From: an uncultured Verrucomicrobiae bacterium
GTDB lineage: Bacteria > Verrucomicrobiota > Verrucomicrobiia > Palsa-1439
DNA: 64,000 nucleotides
Assembly: GCA_963842185.1 (NCBI GenBank)
Contig: CAWJFL010000016.1
Span: 449,127-513,126, forward strand
Direction: 5' to 3'
Numbering within the stretch: the stretch's first letter is position 1; every line of letters begins with the position of its first letter. Position numbers and translations under genes: made by a program. Below, piece by piece: positions 17,666 to 27,125 of this stretch. The notes beneath the pieces were generated by a model, which made no database searches, was not told the origin of the DNA, and worked only from the letters and a program-made list of their open reading frames with translations.

Positions 17666-17998
17666 ATGACACCGAACACGGAAACCGCCAGCGTCTCGAA
17701 ATACACGATCTCCTTCGGGTTGTCCGCGGCACTCGCCAGCGTGGTCAATGCGCTGCTGGTGATCGCGAAAGAAAAGAGTCAGGCTGTCCAGGCGGGTATG
17801 CAAAAACTCACCGGTCATCATTGGGTGACCCACAGCATCATCGTTCTCATGGTGTTTGGGTTCTTTGGCTGGCTGTTCGCGCGGGCCAACGGCGGTCGGG
17901 GAATACAGATGAGCGTCAACCGATTGATCGGGATGCTCGTGGCGGGAGTGGTGGCGGGCGGACTCGTCATTGTGGGGTTCTATTTGATCGGCGATTGA
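17666..17998 (+). CDS. Small membrane protein (about 3 TM), unknown function
   Basis: 110-aa ORF starting 10 nt after the previous gene. Helices include FGLSAALASVVNALLVIA, IIVLMVFGFFGWLFA and LIGMLVAGVVAGGLVIVGFYLI. Confidence 0.5.
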   Translation: MTPNTETASVSKYTISFGLSAALASVVNALLVIAKEKSQAVQAGMQKLTGHHWVTHSIIVLMVFGFFGWLFARANGGRGIQMSVNRLIGMLVAGVVAGGLVIVGFYLIGD

Positions 17999-18002
17999 CG
18001 AC

Positions 18003-18806
18003 ATGCGAACCACACGACGCTTAGCCGTTGTCGCACGACTGGCAATCCTCAGCGTCGCCCTCGTCGGGAACACGTACGGTGGCCCGCCGTTCGTCACCGA
18101 CGACCCCGAGCCGGTGGATTATCAGCATTGGGAATTTTATGTCGCCTCGCAGGACACCAAGGTGCCGGGTGACTGGTCGGGCACCGGGCCGCATTTCGAA
18201 CTGAACTACGGCGTCATTTCCAACGTGCAACTGCATGTGATTGCGCCGCTGGCGTACGACGCGCCGTCGGTCGGCGCCGCCCATTACGGTTATGGCGACA
18301 CGGAACTGGGCGTGAAATTCCGCTTCATTCAGGAGACGAACTGGCTGCCGCAAGTGGGTGTGTTCCCGTTGCTGGAGGTTCCCACCGGCAGCGGCCGGGA
18401 GAATCTCGGCACGGGCCATCTACAGGGGTTTGTGCCGGTGTGGCTGCAAAAGAGTTGGGGTGACTGGACGGCGTATGGGGGAGGCGGCTACGGCATCAAT
18501 TCCTTTTCGGGCCACGGGAATTGGGAGTTTGTCGGCGGGGTGCTGCAGAAGCAGGTGTTGACCAATGTTCTCATCGGCGCGGAGGTGTATCATCAAACGC
18601 AGCTGCAAGTGGACTTTCCCAACGTCGGCACCGCGTTCAATATCGGCACGGTGATTGATTTCAGTGACCAGCATCACTTGCTGTTGTCCGCCGGGCGGTC
18701 GATTGACGGCCCGACGATATTCCAGTGCTACGTTGCCTACCAATTCACGTTCGATAACAGTTGGCTTCAGTTCGGGAGCAAGCCGACGGGGGAGACGGGC
18801 AAGTGA
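18003..18806 (+). CDS. Outer-membrane beta-barrel protein, MetA-pathway/transporter-like family
   Basis: Signal peptide followed by PPFVTDDPEPVDYQHWEFY. The rest shows alternating beta-strand patterning and an aromatic C-terminus (YVAYQFTF). The family call is from memory of PF13557-type proteins. Confidence 0.65.
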   Translation: MRTTRRLAVVARLAILSVALVGNTYGGPPFVTDDPEPVDYQHWEFYVASQDTKVPGDWSGTGPHFELNYGVISNVQLHVIAPLAYDAPSVGAAHYGYGDTELGVKFRFIQETNWLPQVGVFPLLEVPTGSGRENLGTGHLQGFVPVWLQKSWGDWTAYGGGGYGINSFSGHGNWEFVGGVLQKQVLTNVLIGAEVYHQTQLQVDFPNVGTAFNIGTVIDFSDQHHLLLSAGRSIDGPTIFQCYVAYQFTFDNSWLQFGSKPTGETGK

Positions 18807-19090
18807 TCCTGCGGCGAGTTTGGCATTTGGGCTGACACGCGGCGGGCGTGATGCGGGAGGTCGGGCGGATGGCGCGGATGCTGGAGTTCCGGCCTCGCGC
18901 AGTGTTTGTGTTGGGGCAGTAATGTTATAGCCTGGGGGGGGATGCGTCACCCGTTTCTTCCAAACTGCCTTGACAACCCCAAGAACCGGGCCAAATACTC
19001 TTGAGATGTGAGCTCCTTAGCCAGAGCAAATCCGCCTTGCTCGCGGAACGACAAACGCAAATTCCCACCAACAACCAATTGGAGCTTCCC

Positions 19091-21243
19091 ATGATGAAGA
19101 GATTTCTTTTCCTCGTTCTTCCTGTCCTGGTTGCGATGCCAGGCCAGGCCCAGTGGAACTATCCCCCGACAAAAACGGTCGATGCCGCGGACACGTACTT
19201 CGGGAGGACGTACAACGATCCTTACCGCTGGCTGGAGAACATGAAGGATACGGATGTCGAAGCCTGGTTCAAGGCCCAGGCGGAATTGACGGATGGCCTG
19301 CTCGCGAAGATTCCGGGACGGGATGCGCTGGCGCAGGAATGGCTGGCGTTGGACAAGCTCAAACCTGCGGATTACTCGGCCATCACGTATGAACACGGAC
19401 GAGTCTTTTACAAGAAGACGCTGGGTGGCGAAAACGTGGGCAAACTCTATTTTCGTCAAGGTTGGAACGGGGCGGAGAAACTGCTCTTCGATCCCGCCAC
19501 GTATAAAGCCGGTGTGACCACGACCATCGAACGCATTCGCCCTTCGTGGGACGGGAAATACGTCGCCATGGGGCTTTCTTCGGGCGGCGCGGAATGGTCG
19601 GAGATCCGGGTATTGGACGTGGAACGGGGAACCCTGCTGCCCGAGAGTATCTACCCCTCCCGGGGGCTCTACGGGTGGATGAAGGACAACAAGTCTTTAT
19701 TCTACGACGCCGGCAAGGTTGCTGACATCAAGAGTCCCGAAATCGAACTGAACCGCAAAACCAAAGTGCACAAGCTCGGCACCGAGGTTTCCACTGACAT
19801 CGATATTTTCAGCAACGAGAGTAACCCGGAACTGGGGATCACCGCCAAGGAGTGGCCGGGCGCTTCCGTTCGATGAATCATACCCGGACTACATCGTCGG
19901 TCCCGTGGAAACCGTACAAAGCGAGATGCGGATTTTCTATGCTCCCATCTCGGAGTTGAAGCACAAGAAAATCAAATGGGATGTCCTGTGTAAACGCTCG
20001 GACAACCTGGTCCGATCGTTCGCGTTCCACCGGGATTACGTCTACGCCGTCACCCATGCCGGTGCGCCAAAGTACAAGGTTGTCCGGACGAACGTGAAGC
20101 ATCCTGACTGGGAACACGCCGAGACGGTGGTCCCCGAGGGGGCTGACCCCATCCGGTACATCGACGAAGAGCAAGCACTACCTCCTCGTCGTGTACTCAA
20201 ATGGCGTGGTCGGCCGGCTCGTGAAATACGACCTAACCACCGGCAAGGCCGCCGAGGTAAAACTTCCGGCATCCGGGACCGTGAACGTCAGTTGTCCGGA
20301 TTGGAGATCGGATCGTTGCCTGGTGTATATCACCTCCTGGACCTCACCCCTGACGATCTATGATTTCGATGCGCAGAAGGACACCTTCGCGAAGAGCATT
20401 TTCAACACGGACGTGTCGTATCCAGGTTTCGAGAACCTGGTCTCCGAAGAAGTCGAAGTGCCCGGGCACGACGGCACAATGATCCCGCTCTCCATCATAC
20501 ACAAGAAGGGTATTCCGCTGGACGGGTCAAACTGCTGCATCCTCACTGGCTATGGCGCATATGGGAGCAGTGGCACGCCGCGCTTCAGTATTCTCAATTC
20601 GGTGGCACTCCGAGGTGTGGTGCTTGCCATTGCGCACCCCCGGGGCGGTGGCGAAAAGGGCGAGGCATGGTACCGGGCCGGTTACAAGACGACCAAGCCC
20701 AACACGTGGAAGGACTTCATTTCCTGCGCGGAGTACCTCGTAAAGAAGGGATATACCAGTCCCCAGAAGCTCGGAGGAACCGGCACCAGCGCGGGCGGAA
20801 TCCTGATCAGCCGCGCCATCACGGAACGCCCGGATTTATTTGCGGCGGCAGTTTGCAATGTCGGGTGCGCGAACGCGATGCGACTGGAGTTCTCGGCCAA
20901 TGGCCCGATTAACACGCCGGAATTTGGCACAGTGAAAGACCCCATTGAGTGCCAGGCTCTGTTCGAGATGGATGGGCTCCAGCACGTCCAGAAAGGTGTG
21001 AAGTACCCAGCGGTTATGGGTGTGGGCGGCTGGAACGATCCCCGAGTCACCGCTTGGGAACCTGGCAAGTTCGTGGCGGCCTTGCAGGCGGCAACGGCCT
21101 CGGGCAATCCCATTCTGATGAAGGTGAACTACGACAACGGCCACTTCACGGAGGAGAAGATCGTCACCTTCAAAAACTTTGCGGGCCAGTTCGCATTTCT
21201 CCTTTGGCAGACGGGGCACAAAGACTTTCAGCCTGTGAACTAG
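19091..21243 (+). pseudogene. Prolyl endopeptidase (S9A) broken by two extra bases (about 19859 and about 20164-20170)
   Basis: ORFs 19001..19876, 19905..20363 and 20191..21243 (frames 2, 0, 1) together give a signal peptide, a propeller (YNDPYRWLENMKD) and a catalytic domain (GGTGTSAGGILISRA, NYDNGHF). GGAG lies upstream of the ATG at 19091. Total 2153 nt = 3n+2. Confidence 0.85.
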
Positions 21244-21277
21244 ACAAGTAGAGCCCTAGATTCACGCGTTTGCACGC

Positions 21278-21437
21278 GGGCCGGTCGATTGACGGCCCGA
21301 CGGTATTCCAATGCTACGTGGCCTGCCAATTCACGTTCGATAACGGCTGGTTCCGGTTCGGGAGCGAGCCGGCGGGGGATGCGGGCAGATGTCAGTGCGA
21401 CGAGATCGGCGTTTTGGGCTGGCGCCCGGCGGGCATC
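21278..21437 (+). pseudogene. Orphan diverged copy of the 3' end of the OMP gene (compare 18693-18852)
   Basis: About 160 bp align at roughly 80 percent identity by hand with the last 38 codons of the OMP gene plus about 45 bp downstream. It translates as GRSIDGPTVFQCYVACQFTFDNGWFRFGSEPAGD, against GRSIDGPTIFQCYVAYQFTFDNSWLQFGSKPTGE in the OMP. Confidence 0.7.
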
Positions 21438-21616
21438 CGATAAACCGTTCCATCCCTCAGCGATATTCGTGCTGGACGCGGTCGGGCGTTGGTGGTAGGA
21501 TCGGGACGGATTGAGGAAATGGTCGATGGCAAATGGCTGATGGGGAAGGAGGGATTGGTGCCGAAGTGCATGAGTACCCAAGTGCCCACGAGTTTGCCGA
21601 CTAAGCTTACGACGAA

Positions 21617-21682
21617 GCGGCGACAAGTCGCCGCACTCCAAACGCCAAGACACGACGTTTCGCCTGGGACAGGCGACGCTAC
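21617..21682. repeat. Two GC-rich REP-like hairpins, the second ending in CTAC (GTAG head on the minus strand)
   Basis: GCGGCGAC-aa-GTCGCCGC at 21617-21634. TCGCCTG-gga-CAGGCGA-CGCTAC at 21660-21682. They lie in the convergent endopeptidase/glycosyltransferase spacer. Confidence 0.4.
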
Positions 21683-21874
21683 AGGAGGAAGGGGCGCAGA
21701 AAAGGCAGTTTTTGCGAAACGAACCCAATTTTGTGCAAGCCGGCGTGGAAATTTGTCCCCGGGAAAGCCAAAAACGAAGCCAATTTGACGGCTCAATGAG
21801 GGTCCACGAAGCCGAATAGTAAGAATTACAAAACGAACCTGAAGTCAGGACGAATCGGGTTGGTGTCAGGGTGG

Positions 21875-23008
21875 TTACAGCACTCCGGCGCGTTCGAGGA
21901 TGGATTGGAGGACTTTGGGGGCGGAGAGTTTGTCCTCGGCGAGTTTGCGGGCGGCGGCGCAGTGGGCCGGGTAATCGGCATTGATCGATTCGATGCCGCG
22001 GAGGGCTTCGTCGATGGTGGAGAAGGTGACGAGGCCTTGGCCCGTGGTCAGATGTTTGCTCATGCCGGTTTCCTGGACGAGCGCGGGCCGGCCCGACGCG
22101 AGGTAACAGACGGTGCGGTCGCTGAGCCAGCCGCTGCGGGTTTTGACGTAGCCATGTTTGGCGACGCTGAACTCGGCGCGGGATTTCTGGATGTAGGCGC
22201 GGAACCCGTCGCGTCCGCCGGCGACCTCGTGGGGGTTCACCAACTGCCAGCCGTTCTTTCGCAGGGCCGGGAGATCGTCGACCTCCAATTCACTGATGAG
22301 CAGAGCGAGTTCGATCGGCTGCGATGTTTTTCCTGGGAGTTCGACGACTTTCAAGAACTCGTCGCTTTTCGGGCCGTACATCTCGTTGTTCCAGACGGCG
22401 TACTGTCCGCGCCACTGGCCGATGGTGGTGAAGTTCGGCGCGGTGAGGTCGGTTTGCGCGGGCCAATACTCGAGCGCGACGGGCGGGGTGAAGGTCTGCC
22501 AGTCAATGCCGCGGAGGGGGATGGGGAAGTCGGGCTGGCCGACGTTGAGGCCGACGGTGAAGAACAGGTTGTGCTGGCTCAGGCCCATGTCCCATTCGTG
22601 GGCCCAGATTTGCGTGAAGCCGGGATCGAGATCGAAGTAGGCGCGGCGTTTGGCGCGGCGCAGAAGGTCGTCGTTCTTGAGCGCGCCGCAGAGATTGATG
22701 AGCAGGGCGCAGTCGCTGCAGAGGGTGCGGACGTGACGTTCTTTGAGACCGAAAATTTTCCTGTTGTCGTCATAGAGGACGGCCCAGTTTTCGCCGAGGC
22801 CGAATTGTTCGCACTGCGCCTGGAAGGCGTCGACCATGGCCGCGGGGGTACGGGTCGCTTTTTTCCCGGGCGGGCCGAGGACATCGAGCCAGAAGACCTC
22901 GAAGCCCAGCGCGCGGAGGCCGGCGAGGTAATGGAGATTGAGCCATTGCAGGCCGCCGCCATCGGCATAGCCCGCGCCCCACGTGCTGGTGACGATGATC
23001 TTATCCAT
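21875..23008 (-). CDS. Putative glycosyltransferase (GT-B-like, CgeB / Glyco_trans_1_2 type C-terminus)
   Basis: 377 aa. The C-terminal pattern SGWLSDRTVCYLASGRPALVQETG..GLVTFSTIDEALRGIESI..ARKLAEDKLSAPKVLQSIL resembles CgeB-type transferases. It starts 10 nt after the ABC exporter stop. Confidence 0.55.
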   Translation of the reverse strand: MDKIIVTSTWGAGYADGGGLQWLNLHYLAGLRALGFEVFWLDVLGPPGKKATRTPAAMVDAFQAQCEQFGLGENWAVLYDDNRKIFGLKERHVRTLCSDCALLINLCGALKNDDLLRRAKRRAYFDLDPGFTQIWAHEWDMGLSQHNLFFTVGLNVGQPDFPIPLRGIDWQTFTPPVALEYWPAQTDLTAPNFTTIGQWRGQYAVWNNEMYGPKSDEFLKVVELPGKTSQPIELALLISELEVDDLPALRKNGWQLVNPHEVAGGRDGFRAYIQKSRAEFSVAKHGYVKTRSGWLSDRTVCYLASGRPALVQETGMSKHLTTGQGLVTFSTIDEALRGIESINADYPAHCAAARKLAEDKLSAPKVLQSILERAGVL

Positions 23009-23017
23009 GGGAAACCA

Positions 23018-24793
23018 TCAGGCCGGGCCAGTGAATTGGAGTTCGCAGACGCGGGCGTAATGGCCGCCGCGCGCGAGCAGGTCGGCGTGGCGTCCGCGCT
23101 CGACGATTTGGCCGTCGTGCATGACAAGCAGCAGGTCGGCCTGACGGACGGTTGATAGACGATGAGCGACGACAAATACCGTGCGCCCTTTGCGCAAGCG
23201 GTCGAGGGACCGCAGCACCGCGGCTTCCGTTTCCGCGTCGAGCGCGGTGGTCGGTTCGTCGAGGATGAGGATCGGCGAATTTTTCAGGAAGGCGCGCGCG
23301 AGAGCGAGTCGTTGGCGTTGACCGCCCGAGAGCGTCACGCCGCGTTCGCCGATGGGAGAGTCGTAGCCTTGCGGCATCGCGCGGATGAAATCGTCGGCCT
23401 CGGCTTCGCGGGCGGCCTCGACGATCTCGTTCAGCGAGGCGTCGGGCCGGCCATAGGCGATGTTGTCGCGGACGGTGGTCGAGAACAGCACGGGCTCCTG
23501 CGGCACGACGGCGATCTGGCGGCGGACGGTGCGATATTGGAATTCGCGGATGTCGTAGCCGTCGAGGAGCACGCGTCCCTTCTGCGGATCGTAGAAGCGG
23601 AGCAGCAGACTCAGGAGCGTGGATTTCCCCACGCCGCTCGGACCGACCAGCGCGACCATCTGGCCGGGTTGGCCCTCGAAGTCGATGCCTTTGAGGACGG
23701 GGCGGTTTGGATCGTAACCGAACCAGACGTTCTCGAAGCGCACGACGCCGTTGGATCGCGGCAGCGCGCGGGCGGCGGGCGCGTCGTGGATCGTGGGATT
23801 CGTTTCGAGAATCTCGATGACGCGGCGGAACGGGGTGAGCGCCCCCTGGATCGCGGTGGCGATGCCGCTGATGGTGCTCATCGGCCCGTACAACATGCCG
23901 ACATAGGTGATGAAGACGAGAAGTTCGCCGATGCTGAGCCGGCCTTCCAGGACGCGCCGGCCGCCGATCCAAATCATCGCCACCGTGCCGACGGACGTGA
24001 TCAGGCCGACGACGAACGAGGACACGACCTGGACTTTCGTCATGTGCACGTTCGCGTCGACGCTTTGGGCCGCGCCTTCACCGAAGCGGCGAACTTCGTC
24101 TTCCTCGCGCGCGAACGCCTGGATGGTGCGGATCGACGAGAGCGCTTCCTGGATCATCGCGCTGACCTTGCTCTCGCGGGTGTGGTACTGCGTCGATACA
24201 TCCGCGATGAGGCGGTTGTAGTGCTTGATGGTCAACCCCAGCGCGGGTGCGACCGCCAGCGCGAGGAGGGTCAGCACGACGTCGAAGCGCAGCATGATGA
24301 TCACCATGCCGAGCAGCGTTGCCGCCGAAGACACGAGCGGGATCAGGCCGCCATTGAAGATTGTTTGAATCGAGTAGGTGTCCCACGTCACGCGATAAAT
24401 CGAATCGCCCACGGCGCGGCTGTCGTGAAACACGAGACTCAATTTTTGCAAATGCTCGTACACGCGGTAGCGCAATTCCTGCGTCATGCGCAGGCCGGCG
24501 CGCACCAGATACGTCGTGCCCCAGGCGCTCAGGCCACCGCGGACCAGGTGAATTACCAAGAGCGCGAGGCACACGACCAGAAGCGCGGCGGCCTTGTCGT
24601 TGGCGAACGAGCCGAGCCACGGCGGCATCGGCACGACGCCGAGGATGCTATCCACGATGATCTTCAACGGCCACGGCTGCAACAGGCTCGCCGCGATGCC
24701 GAGGACGGTCAACGCGAGGCCGGCCAGCGCGGGGCGTTGCTGTCCCCGGATCAGCGACCATGCCAGCGGCCAAAGCTTGGGCGTCTCGTTCAT
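23018..24793 (-). CDS. ABC exporter, fused permease and ATPase (MsbA-like)
   Basis: 591 aa. Six-TM N-terminal domain, then GPSGVGKSTLLSLL (Walker A), LSGGQRQRLALARAF (signature), ILILDEPTTALD (Walker B) and an H-loop in VVAHRL. Confidence 0.92.
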   Translation of the reverse strand: MNETPKLWPLAWSLIRGQQRPALAGLALTVLGIAASLLQPWPLKIIVDSILGVVPMPPWLGSFANDKAAALLVVCLALLVIHLVRGGLSAWGTTYLVRAGLRMTQELRYRVYEHLQKLSLVFHDSRAVGDSIYRVTWDTYSIQTIFNGGLIPLVSSAATLLGMVIIMLRFDVVLTLLALAVAPALGLTIKHYNRLIADVSTQYHTRESKVSAMIQEALSSIRTIQAFAREEDEVRRFGEGAAQSVDANVHMTKVQVVSSFVVGLITSVGTVAMIWIGGRRVLEGRLSIGELLVFITYVGMLYGPMSTISGIATAIQGALTPFRRVIEILETNPTIHDAPAARALPRSNGVVRFENVWFGYDPNRPVLKGIDFEGQPGQMVALVGPSGVGKSTLLSLLLRFYDPQKGRVLLDGYDIREFQYRTVRRQIAVVPQEPVLFSTTVRDNIAYGRPDASLNEIVEAAREAEADDFIRAMPQGYDSPIGERGVTLSGGQRQRLALARAFLKNSPILILDEPTTALDAETEAAVLRSLDRLRKGRTVFVVAHRLSTVRQADLLLVMHDGQIVERGRHADLLARGGHYARVCELQFTGPA

Positions 24794-25020
24794 GCTGTTC
24801 CTACCGCGTCGGCCATGCTGCCAAATCCGTTGCGCGCAAGCAACCGCAGGAGTCCGCGATTGATGTTACTCGCGATGGATGGTTGTACGAAGATCATGCC
24901 CGTCCAGACTTCGGCGAGGCACGCGCCAACGCCTTGTAGAACATATCGCTACCATGACAAAATGCAGGGGCGCTTGCTATATTATTATAACGATGCCATA
25001 GTAATGCAGGAGTTCGAGCC

Positions 25021-25521
25021 ATGAAGCCCGAAGTTCAGAAACACGTCGAGTACGCGTCAGGTTACCTGGATCTGAAGATGTATGACGAGGCGGTTCAGGA
25101 GGCCGACCTGGCACTGGCGCTGTCCCCAAACCTTCCGCAGGCCATCGCCATCAAATCCGCCGCGCTCTGGCAGGCCAACCGGTTGAGCGAAGCCGAACCA
25201 TTTATCGCCAAGCTCGCCGAATTGAACCCGCGAGATGCCGGCATTTGGATCAATCTGGCCTACATCCGGCGGCGCACGCAATCGCTCGACGCGGCCGTGG
25301 ACACGTTGCAACGGGCCTTCGACGCCAATCCGCGGGATGCCCTGGCGCATTACAACATGGCCTGCTACCGCGCCGTGCAGCAGCGCCCGCAAGAAGCCAT
25401 CGAAATGCTGCGAAACGCCCTGCATCTGGATCCGAAATTGAAGGTGCTCGCGAAGGCCGAGCCCGATTTCTCCGAGTTGCGCCTGTCCCCCGCGTTTCAG
25501 CAACTGCTGAAAGGTCGCTGA
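25021..25521 (+). CDS. TPR-repeat protein
   Basis: 166 aa with several 34-residue TPR-like units, for example AIAIKSAALWQANRLSEAEPFIAKLAELNPRD and ALAHYNMACYRAVQQRPQEAIEMLRNALHLDP. Confidence 0.8.
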   Translation: MKPEVQKHVEYASGYLDLKMYDEAVQEADLALALSPNLPQAIAIKSAALWQANRLSEAEPFIAKLAELNPRDAGIWINLAYIRRRTQSLDAAVDTLQRAFDANPRDALAHYNMACYRAVQQRPQEAIEMLRNALHLDPKLKVLAKAEPDFSELRLSPAFQQLLKGR

Positions 25522-25669
25522 CCGTCGCCGTCGCGTCTCCTCGTATCTTTTTGGCGGCGCGCGGTATTTCGCCTTGTCAGCGGTGCCGATTTTTGCGACT
25601 GTGATGCTAGCGAGTTTGGGCAGCGGGCATGGCGTCCCGCCCAATGGAGGAAACTTGGAGGATAAACTT

Positions 25670-26104
25670 ATGGACAACAACGCAGCTCCGCAGTCAGTCA
25701 TTTCCAGCGAAGTCGAAATCACCGGCACCATCAAAGGGTCCGGCTCCCTCCGCATCGATGGGAAGCTCGAGGGCGAATTACATTGCACTGGCGACGCCGT
25801 CATCGGCAAGTCCGCGCAAATCAAGGGCAACATTGTGGTCAGCTCCGCCTGCATCGAAGGCGCGGTCCATGGCAACATCACCGCCAAAGACCGCATCGAG
25901 ATGAAATCGACGGCGCGCGTGACGGGCGACATCCGCGCGAAACGCCTGAGCGTCGAGGACGGCGTGACGTTCGTTGGCCGGTCCGAGGTCAATCCCTCGG
26001 GTTCGCCGATCGCCGGCGTGGCGCCGGTCGTCAGCGCGGCGGCTGAGGCAACCGACGACGAGCAGGCGGAAGCCGCGACGGTCCGATCGTTTGCGCGGCG
26101 CTAA
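25670..26104 (+). CDS. Bactofilin
   Basis: The ATG at 25670 follows GGAGGA. Sequence SVISSEVEITGTIKGSGSLRIDGKLEGELHCTGDAVIGKSAQIKGNIVVSSACIEGAVHGNITAKDRIEMKSTARVTGDIRAKRLSVEDGVTFVG shows the DUF583 beta-helix repeat pattern. Confidence 0.85.
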   Translation: MDNNAAPQSVISSEVEITGTIKGSGSLRIDGKLEGELHCTGDAVIGKSAQIKGNIVVSSACIEGAVHGNITAKDRIEMKSTARVTGDIRAKRLSVEDGVTFVGRSEVNPSGSPIAGVAPVVSAAAEATDDEQAEAATVRSFARR

Positions 26105-26149
26105 CGTGCGCCGCGCCGTTCGCGGCGCGCACCAAGACGGGAGCGAGCG

Positions 26150-26887
26150 GTGACCAAGAACCGCAAGGTCAACACACTCGATAGCTACGCGACCATTCGC
26201 GCCGTCGCGCGAACCAAGCCGTCGCCCGCACCACAACCGCCCACCCCGGACGACCACGCCGCATCCGACGAGGCGGCGCACGACCCGCAGAAACTGGGCG
26301 CGCGGATGGCGCGCACCGCCGTTCCCGTTAAACACCAGATCGACTGCTACGAATGCGGGTACAGGTTTCAGGTGCACGGACGCGTGAAGACCACGCATTG
26401 CCCCAAATGCCGCGCGTTGCTCGACCTCGGCGATCACGTCATCGATAACGAGTGGGTCGAGACGATCAAGACCGCGGGGACGATCCGCCTCACTTCGACC
26501 GGCGTCCTGAAAAACGGCGATCTCATCGGCGCCGACGTCATCCTGGAAGGAATCATCGAGGGCGGACGGGCCCGCGCGATACGGACGCTCGAACTCGGCG
26601 CGGGCGCGATCTTTTCGGAAAAGGCCGTGTCGGGTCCCGATCTTCGCATCGGGCCGGGGGCGGATTTCAAGTTCAAGCAGGAAGCGAAATACCGCAACGT
26701 CGAGGTCCTCGGCACGCTCCACGCCCGACTCGAAGCCACCGGCATCATTACCGTGAAACCGGGCGGCCTGCTCGAAGGCGAAGTTCATACGGAACACCTC
26801 ATTGTCGAGGACGGCGGCGGACTGAAAGCGCAATTGCGCATCGGCTCGAAGGCGGCGCTGGCTCCGGAGAGCGAAGAAGCCGCCTAA
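26150..26887 (+). CDS. Zinc-ribbon plus bactofilin-domain protein
   Basis: CYECG-x13-CPKC is followed by bactofilin-like repeats (GTIRLTSTGVLKNGDLIGADVILEGIIEGG..VEVLGTLHARLEATGIITVKPGGLLEGEVHTEHLIVEDGG). GTG start. Confidence 0.72.
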   Translation: MTKNRKVNTLDSYATIRAVARTKPSPAPQPPTPDDHAASDEAAHDPQKLGARMARTAVPVKHQIDCYECGYRFQVHGRVKTTHCPKCRALLDLGDHVIDNEWVETIKTAGTIRLTSTGVLKNGDLIGADVILEGIIEGGRARAIRTLELGAGAIFSEKAVSGPDLRIGPGADFKFKQEAKYRNVEVLGTLHARLEATGIITVKPGGLLEGEVHTEHLIVEDGGGLKAQLRIGSKAALAPESEEAA

Positions 26888-27125
26888 TCATGGCGCATCT
26901 CCGCGTGGTATCCCTGCAGTGAGCGAATGCTGAGACCCCTGTCCCGCATCGCCGTGATCCCGAGCAACGCCGCGTTCGCGCCCGCGGCGGACGCTCAGAA
27001 CCGGCTTGCCGGCATTGTCAAAAATGATACGATGACGGCGCCTCCGACTGAATGATTGGCGATCAGTCGCAGGGCCAAAGTCAGATGGCAAATCTCGATT
27101 TGAACGGAGCATCAGGAGGTTAATT

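Noticed and set aside
18693-21437. The OMP 3'-end repeat pair read as a diversity-generating retroelement (template/variable repeat).
   Set aside because: No reverse transcriptase is nearby. Differences are not restricted to adenine positions of one copy (several T/C, C/T and indel differences). One copy is an orphan fragment, not the end of an intact target gene.
23162-25024. Very long ORFs in the six-frame track lying antisense to recognised genes. Examples are 23162..25024 (620 aa), 14256..15881 (541 aa), 39749..41287 (512 aa), 37835..39163 (442 aa), 21860..23155 (431 aa), 59534..60703 (389 aa), 52051..53145, 25778..26833, 13303..14346 and 5505..6365.
   Set aside because: They mirror confidently identified genes on the opposite strand (ABC exporter, MFS/RluA, P1B ATPase, YidC, glycosyltransferase, LeuB, HK, bactofilins, FHA, YebC). 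They are Arg/Gly/Ala/Pro-rich low-complexity translations typical of stop-poor shadow frames in high-GC DNA, and they carry no motifs.
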